From: Octopus vulgaris | Lineage: Eukaryota | Reading direction: 5' to 3' | Assembly: GCA_951406725.2 (NCBI GenBank) | Contig: OX597831.1 | Span: forward strand, 52,390,001-52,454,000 | Length of the DNA: 64,000 bases | In this document: piece after piece, positions 55,151 to 64,000 of the stretch | Position numbering within the stretch: the first letter of the stretch is position 1 | Layout of the letters: every line of letters begins with the position of its first letter | The notes under the pieces: generated by a model | What the model was told of the DNA's origin: nothing | What the model saw: only the letters and a program-made list of their open reading frames with translations | Database searches by the model: none | Translations under genes and position numbers: made by a program

Positions 55151-55249
55151 TGTATAATTATATAGAAAGAGAGAGAGGGAGAGAGATGGATTGATATGTG
55201 TGCATATATTACACACACATACACATGCACACGAACACACACACACACA

Positions 55250-55315
<66 letters not shown>

Positions 55316-55582
55316 AATGATGGTATATGCGGGTTTGTGTTCGAACGGCGCTACGTCTATGTACGTATATACTTTCACGTCTGAGTTCTATGTCTACGTT
55401 TATATCAACCGATGCAAAACAAGTGTTGTTAGCAAAAAATCTAGAGCTTAGCTTAATAGCTCTGACGATAAAATAAGTACTAAACTGATACAAGTACAGC
55501 AGCCGATATCATAGACTGACCTCTTGGAGAACGTGCTGCAGCATGGTTGCAGTTCGGTGACTAAAAGCAATATATATATATG

Positions 55583-55630
<48 letters not shown>

Positions 55631-55632
55631 AA

Positions 55633-55677
<45 letters not shown>

Positions 55678-55680
55678 AAC

Positions 55681-55722
<42 letters not shown>

Positions 55723-55759
55723 TATATATATGTATATATATATATATATATATTTTCTT

Positions 55760-55800
<41 letters not shown>

Positions 55801-55869
55801 GTATAGAGAGAGAGAGAGAGAGAGAGAGAGGAATGAGGAAGGAAGGAAGGAAGAAGAAAGAAGGAAACT

Positions 55870-55945
<76 letters not shown>

Positions 55946-56473
55946 GATACATACATTTCCCCCAAATAAACCAATATTTTGGGTGGATGGAAGCCTGCTA
56001 TCTATGTGTATAAATACACAAATACTCACATACATACATGCATACATACATACATACATACATACATACATACATACATACATACATAAATACATACTTA
56101 TATACTTACATAAATACATACATACATACATACATACATAAATACATACTTACATACTTACATACATACATACATACATACATTCATACATACATACATA
56201 CATACATACATACATACATACTAAAAATGCATGCATACATATATACTTACAGACATACAGACATATACACTCGCACATACGCACACAAACACGGATACAC
56301 ATACACACACTTGTATATTAGGTGCACTTATGACCGTGTGGTCAAGGACTGACCAATGAGTTGTTAGTGAATTTGGTAGGTAGAATGATGTGTGTGTGCG
56401 TATGTGTGCATGTGTGTATGTGTGTAAATATATGTGTGTGTATAAATATGTGTGTGTGTGTGTGTTTATATAA

Positions 56474-56517
<44 letters not shown>

Positions 56518-56721
56518 CTGTGACGTTAAGAAGCTTGCTATCACCAATAAGTTTTTGCTCGACTCCAACCATGTGAGTGCACAAGTGGATAGAGAATGGG
56601 AAAACTGGGTGAAATAACATCGATTGGCCGTACCCGTAATTCAAAAGACACTTGTCTTCCATTTCTTTCTCTCTCTCTCTCTCTCTCCTCTCTCTCTGCC
56701 CCACCTCTCTCTCTCCCCCTT

Positions 56722-56800
<79 letters not shown>

Positions 56801-57497
56801 TATATATATATTATGTATGCGCGCGTGTGTGTGTGTGTGTGTTTGAGTGTCTTTCTATATGCCTCACCTTCGCCATCTCACAACGGGTACTGATTTATTT
56901 ACGTCCCCGAAACACCAGCGGTTCGGCCAGAAAGGCCGATAGAATAAGTACAATACTTAATTTTAAAAATACGTTAATAATAAGTACAAGTGTCGATCTG
57001 TTTGATTAATCGCTTCAAGGTGGTGACCTAGCATGTCCGCTGTCCACTGACTGAAGCGAGTAAAGAATATAGGATAAAAATTACATTCGTTAGTACATAC
57101 TAACATAAATTCCTGTAATACACTCGTAGTAATATACATCATTCAAGCATACATACGCATAAATGTAGCTATACATTAACACATCTAAATATAGGCATAT
57201 ATTAGACATATGCTGTAGATACAATATGGCTACGGGAAAACACCTCACGTGAGAGTTTTGCATATTAAATACAAATAGTCTCATGCGTAAATTTATCTCG
57301 GCTATTCACTTCACGATAATACATGTACGACCCCAACTACCATATACATATATATATATATATACACACGCGCGCGCGCATACACACGTATACACTCACA
57401 CACACACACACACGCAGACACACGCACACACACACACACACATGCGCACACACAGACATATATAAACCCGTATATAAACCCACATATGTACAGTATA

Positions 57498-57670
57498 GGC
57501 GCAGGTGTGGCTGTGTGGTAAGAAGCTTGCTTCCTAACCACCTGGTTCCGGGTTCAGTCTCACTGCGAGGCATCTTAGGCAAGTGTCTTCTACTAATAGC
57601 CTCGGGCCGACCAAGCCTTGTGAGTGGATTTGGTAGACGGAAACTGACCGTCGTATGTGTGTGTGTGTGT

Positions 57671-57701
<31 letters not shown>

Positions 57702-57819
57702 AGTGTGTGTGTGTGTGTCTGTGTTTGCACCCCCTCCCCCCATCGCTTGACAAACGATTTGTTCGACTAAAGGCGGTACTCCAGCATGGCTGCAGTCAAA
57801 ATGATTGAAACAAGTAAAA
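57498..57819 (+). mobile_element. SINE family A copy with internal deletion
   Basis: Head and tail intact, middle of the 3' half missing. Other partial copies at 1-145(-), 4811-4955, 37110-37240(-), 38145-38300(-), 39930-40240(-), 41060-41270, 48806-48955 and 56860-57070. Confidence 0.8.
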
Positions 57820-57844
57820 TAATAAGGAATAAAATTATACATAC

Positions 57845-57887
<43 letters not shown>

Positions 57888-58145
57888 TAATGTACACAGT
57901 ATGTAAGATAAGAAGTACTAGTAGTTTCTTGCTATAGAGATACTGAGATTAGGCAGGTTTATATAACCTGCCCGGTGCCTCCAGGCAATCCTCAGACTCA
58001 GGGCAGGGTTGGAGTACTTCTTCTGTCGTTCCTAACTTAACGGAACAGCAAACTATATACATATGTATGTATATACAAATACACATTTATATATAAATGT
58101 ATGTATTTGTGCATTTTCATACACACATATATGTGTGTGTATATA

Positions 58146-58215
<70 letters not shown>

Positions 58216-59185
58216 CATGTGTGTATATATAACAGGGTAAAGACTCCTTCAACCATGAATGACCAAGGGATTGCACTAAGAAAGTTCTCCACCGAGGCAC
58301 AAGTCCGGGTAAGGTTGTTTGTGAAAGACAAGCTATTGCCCGTGCATAGCAGCCTCCTCTCTTCTTGTCACAGATGTTACCCAAGGGAAAGGCAAAGGCC
58401 GATACAGCTTGGCACCAGTGTCGTCGCAACTCACTTCTGTGAATTGGAGCAACACGTAATAAAGTGTCTTGCCCAAGAACACCACACACACAGCCCGGTC
58501 TATATATATATATAAGTTATACAGAAAGCTCCCTTTAGCAATATAGTCAGTATATCGTTAGTATTTATAATCAGTGACATCACATTCCTTGCATTTCTCT
58601 ATAAGAAACACGCTTAATCGTTTTTTTTTATACATATTTTCTTTGTTTTTTTTTTTAATGGAATATGATTGGCTGATGAGGTTTAATGATACCGGAACAA
58701 TTGTGTGGTGTATGTTGCTAAGAAAAGCAAAATGAATTAGCTGATCTTTTTAGAGTTATTTCCCTTGTTTCTAGATTTGAAGCACACTAAAGAGAGAGAA
58801 GGTTGGAGAGGGAGGAATTGCTTGCTAATTTTTTTAGATATTTTCAGCTGACTAAAGTTTATCAACTTTCTATAGTGCAATAGTTAAAGTGCATTGTACT
58901 TTTCTTTCACATTTACACATAGATACACGCGCGCGCGTGCATACACATGCATATATATGTATATACATGTATACATATATACGTATTTATTATATATTAT
59001 ATACATACATACATGTACATCTATTATATATATATGTGTGTGCGTGTGTGTGTGCGTGTGTGTATGTATGCATACACACACATACACACACACACATATA
59101 CACATATACAAATATATGTGGATATGTATATATATGTATAGATATGTATACATACACACATATGCATACATGCATAAATATATAT

Positions 59186-59481
59186 CACGTGATCACGTGA
59201 CCGACCATGCTATCAGATCTTGCTACACATCGCTGGTCACAATGCGCTTCGCGTTGTTTTAGCCTTCAAATGATGCCACCCCGCCGGCCAAGCAGAAGAA
59301 AGAGCGAGAGAAAGTTGCGGCGAAAGAGTACAGCAGGGTTCGCCACCCCACCCCACCCCACCCCCGCCGGAGCCTTGTGGAGCTTTAGGTGTTTTCGCTC
59401 CATAAACACTCACAACGCCCGGTCTGGGAATCGAAACCGCGATCCTACGACCGCTGCTCTAATCACTGGGCTGTTGCGCCT

Positions 59482-59483
<2 letters not shown>
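59186..59483 (-). mobile_element. SINE family C copy (third tail type)
   Basis: Reverse copy of the same head and body, ending in GGTCGGTCACGTGATCACGTG. Related tRNA-headed elements at 28420-28735(+) and 58232-58498(-). Confidence 0.8.
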
Positions 59484-59523
<40 letters not shown>

Positions 59524-59578
59524 ACACACACACACACATACATACATACATACATACATACATACATACATACATACA

Positions 59579-59609
<31 letters not shown>

Positions 59610-59670
59610 GTATGTTTACATGTATGTATACATGTATACATGTATACACATACATACATACATACATACA

Positions 59671-59703
<33 letters not shown>

Positions 59704-59810
59704 GTATGTATACATATATGTATACATGTATGTATACATGTATGTATACATGTATGTACACATGTATGTATACATGTATACATGTATACACATACATACA
59801 TACATACATG

Positions 59811-59844
<34 letters not shown>

Positions 59845-59908
59845 TATGTATGTATACATGTATGTATACATGTATACACATACATACATACATACATACA
59901 TACATACA

Positions 59909-59943
<35 letters not shown>

Positions 59944-60835
59944 GTATGTATACATGTATGTATACATGTATGTATACATGTATGTATGTATGTATGTATG
60001 TATGTATACATGCATGTATGTATGTATGTATGTATGTATGTATGTATGTATGTATGTATGTATGTATGTATGCATGTATGTATGTATATTATATATTTTC
60101 TATCACCGTTATATGTATCAAACGAAGAAACTGGCGATCATCGCCAAACTCGTCACGCGTGAAAATTTTATCTGTGGAAAATGTAGCCTTCCTTGCGTTC
60201 GGTAAACGGAAGCATTGTGATATATTGAAACACTATTTATTTGGAACCTGCGTGTCTGGCGAAAGAATCTGTAAATTGGTGCAGGGGTGTATGTATTATA
60301 GAATAGTGTAATGAAGCCGTGTAAGTTTTTTTGAGGCAGCGTGTATATAAAAAGCTAGGTGTATATAGCAGAGTGCATTTGTTTTGTTGAACCTAATGAA
60401 GCTGGAGGTACGTTGTGATGTTTGTGTATAATAGAGGCTGTGTATACAGAAATTGGCTACATATCGATGTTGCTAGTATATCTATACTGAGTATGCGTAA
60501 AGCGATGCGCGTATGTATGCATGTATGTATGTATGTATGTATGTATGCATGTATGTATGCATGTATGTATGCATGCATGTATGTATGTATGTACGCATGT
60601 ATGTATGCATGTATGTATGTATGTATGTATGTATGTATGTATGTATGTCTGCATGTATGTATGTATGTATGTATGTGTGTGTATATGTATGTGTGTGCGT
60701 ATGTATGTATGCATGCATGTATGTATGTATGTATGTATGCATGTATGTATGTATGTATTTATGCATGTATGTATGCATGTAGGTATTATGTATGTATGTA
60801 TGTATATATGTATGTATGCATTGTGTACGTACGTA

Positions 60836-60880
<45 letters not shown>

Positions 60881-60945
60881 GCATATACGCACACATACTC
60901 TCATGCATACATACATGCATGCATGCATAAATATAGATACGCACA

Positions 60946-61000
<55 letters not shown>

Positions 61001-61113
61001 TGTGTTATTTTAGTCGAGTCAGCCTCTTGCTACTCTGAGTTTAATCTCTAGGTACAGAGGATCTTCAGGCACACGCACACACACACAAACAAACATACAT
61101 ACGTATGTATGTT

Positions 61114-61165
<52 letters not shown>

Positions 61166-61199
61166 TCTATGTATGTATATATATATGTATATGTAAATA

Positions 61200-61257
<58 letters not shown>

Positions 61258-61260
61258 TCT
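59484..61260. repeat. Large (CA)/(TACA)/(TATG)/(TA) microsatellite field, representative of many in the window
   Basis: Read directly; similar fields at 155-310, 9104-9525, 13800-14060, 23285-25190, 48100-48440 and 53660-56830. Confidence 0.95.
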
Positions 61261-61336
61261 ATGTATGTATATCTACAAAAGCTTAGCCTATACAGTTCAT
61301 TTATATGTACACTCATACAGCCCGTATCTATAGTAA

Positions 61337-61971
61337 CACTTTGGGCTCCCGACCCCTATTTTACGTTTTATCCCAGGGTCCCAATACGATGTCTTAATTT
61401 TGACATGAGCGGCGTAATATTTTTATATTATACTATATGCGAGGCAAGGATCAAATAAGCTAGTGTTAGATACCCACGTCCCACCGGAAGGTCATGTGGT
61501 ACCCTAGTCCATTATCACATCCTAGATACTACACGACCTACCCGTGGTCAATTATAGCCTTTGGCTATTTTCTTTAGAAATAGGAAGATCTCGAAATCCT
61601 TTCAAAAAGAACTATTCTGGTTTCCATGGCAAGTAAAATATTTTTCATTCCCTTCTGTTTCTATTGGAAAATCTTCCAGTTTTTCGAAAATGAACTAATT
61701 TGTTTTAATGGCAAATAAAATTTTCTCGCTACTGTCTTTTCCTTTACTTTATTACATGGTGAAATCAGATGAAAAACGAAAAAAGAAAAGGAATCTATAA
61801 AAGAATTCTTCTCTTAGTGTAGCAAAAGCACAAATCAAAGCAATTGGGGCGTACCAGCTCTCAGAAACCTATAGGAAAGAAATTAAGAAACGAAGCGCTG
61901 GTGGGTCGGGTGGGACTCACTAACATACATACCATCACGACCCACCGGAAGGACGTGTGAGAGCCAACGTG
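61337..61971. mobile_element. Possible piggyBac-type non-autonomous element
   Basis: GTAA|CACTTTGGGCTC ... GAGCCAACGTG|TTAA imperfect termini; repeated subterminal motif CACG(T/A)CCCACCGGAAGG at ~61475 and ~61936. Confidence 0.35.
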
Positions 61972-62544
61972 TTAAACCGTGTATATTTCGAAGAAGGATG
62001 GAAAATCGAGAATAGAATTCACATCATGAGAGGATAAATGCATGTGATGAGTGGGTTTTAATGCTCGGTAACGATATAAAAATTTTATAGCCTAAGGAAA
62101 AGTAGCCTGAGAAAATGCTCCAGCATGGCCACAGCCTTAGGGATGAAACGTGTAAAAGAATAAAAGAAATAAATCAACCGCACATTTTATATATCATAAA
62201 GTATATATCAAAGAAAGGAAAAACAAACTGCTGTTATTTTATGCGTTTGCACTTAATCACGAACGTCAATTCGGTTTTGTTGCGGAATTTTGCAGTTTGT
62301 TTCCGATCATAAGAGCTATGTATCTCCACTTTGTGTAGCACAGTGGAACTCACTGGCTATTTCTTACAAAGACACTTGTTTCCGTCCGTAACGCAATCTT
62401 CTGACGGAAAGAGCTTTGTCGACTATGCGAGTGGGGTTTGTGTGTGTGTGTGTGTGTGTATGTGTGTGTGTTTGTGATTGCATGTATGACAAGGTTAACG
62501 ATTTGAATTATGAAAGGGATCTATCTCTGTCTTCCTGTTTCTCT

Positions 62545-62593
<49 letters not shown>

Positions 62594-63164
62594 TCTCTCG
62601 CTCTCTCTCTGTACACATTAATCTATATTCTTTTCTTTTATATGCTTCAGTCCAAATGCTGTGGCCATGCTGGAACACTGCTGCAGAGAATGAAAGAGAG
62701 AGAAAGAGAGAGCGAGAGTGGAAAGAAGAGAGAGACCCTTTTCATAATTAGACTTGCATACATATATACATATATACATATATACATATACATATATATA
62801 TATATATATATACATATCATATATCATATATACACACACCGCATGTGTGTGCATGTATGTACATACATACATACATACATACATACATACATACATACAT
62901 ACATACATACATACATACATACATACTCATAAAATGGCTGCGTTAAAAAAAACTTCGATCAACCTTTATTATTCAGATAAAATGTAACTCGAAATTATCT
63001 CTCTTATTAGTTTATTATGGAGTACTTAGATGGTATTAGGTCCTACGTATAGCCTCCGCCCCATAAAAACGGTGTAATTCTGTCATTTATATACGTACAT
63101 CTACCTCTCTCTCTCTTGCCTCTTTCTCTCTCTCTCCCTATATATATATATATATATACATATG

Positions 63165-63253
<89 letters not shown>

Positions 63254-63590
63254 CTGTGTGTTTATATATATATGCACAGACACACACTCACACACGCATA
63301 TACACGCACACATACACACACGTGTATGTATGTTTGTGTGTGTGTGCGTGCGTCTGTAGATACATACATACATACATACATACATACATACATACATACA
63401 TACATACATACACACAGATACACATTCATTTATTTTATATTGAATATTTGAATAATTCTTCAGTTCTTTAGTATGTATGTATGCACACTTAACGTTTAGT
63501 ATTTTGTGCAAGATGTTCAGCATGAAATTGCAGAGCTGTCTTTCCCGGACTACAAGAGGCTACAACCATCATCTATCTATCTATCTATCA

Positions 63591-63730
<140 letters not shown>

Positions 63731-63789
63731 CTCTATATATCTACCTTTCTATATATATATACCTATACATTCATGTGTGTCTGTGTTCA

Positions 63790-63874
<85 letters not shown>

Positions 63875-63942
63875 CCTCGTGAGCACCGCCAGCAATTTTT
63901 TTTTCCTCTGTCTTCCCTTCTCGGGATCTTTCCTTCTCCTTT

Positions 63943-63977
63943 GTTTCCGACGAAGAACTCCGCTCGAAACGTTAAAC
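63943..63977 (+). ncRNA. Degenerate minimal hammerhead motif in a repeat that starts at the end of (TA)n and runs off the window
   Basis: GTTT-CCGACGA-A-GAACTCCGCTC-GAAA-CGTT-AAAC: 4-bp stem I, core with U4C, stem II with one mismatch, palindromic AACGTT stem III. Confidence 0.5.
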
Positions 63978-64000
63978 CCTCCTTCTCTTCTTTCCTGAGC

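Noticed and set aside
59207-60311. Long HTYI/MYVC-repeat ORFs here and throughout the window
   Set aside because: Products of (TACA)n, (TA)n and (CA)n microsatellites, which lack stop codons.

Overview
Eukaryotic, AT-rich animal genomic DNA saturated with microsatellites. The SINE families and the (TA)n/(TACA)n/(TAGA)n/(ATT)n load suggest an octopus or related cephalopod (inference). Almost every entry in the ORF track is translated simple repeat. One host coding exon is evident: a 1,135-bp first coding exon (16427-17561, +) of an UNC-93-like MFS membrane protein, with no further exon recognisable in the remaining ~46 kb. Its long cytoplasmic N-terminus carries three RxRxxSYxxA motifs matching the phospho-dependent guanylate-kinase-domain-binding repeats of GKAP/SAPAP; this is the most novel-looking signal. 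The largest mobile element is a 5'-truncated Penelope-like retroelement (RT + GIY-YIG, Naiad-type, minus strand) sitting in (TA)n. It has one in-frame TAG, a 113-bp inverted pLTR copy and a variant hammerhead ribozyme. Four further unrelated minimal hammerhead-like motifs lie beside other (TA)n runs. Also present: three tRNA-derived SINE families, fragments of Tx1/L1, CR1, RTE and R4/Dong-like LINEs, two mariner remnants, Tc1/mariner and hAT MITEs, a non-autonomous Helitron, a foldback element and a decayed ~20-bp minisatellite domain. All calls are by eye, with no database searches; repeat boundaries are approximate unless TIRs or TSDs are quoted.
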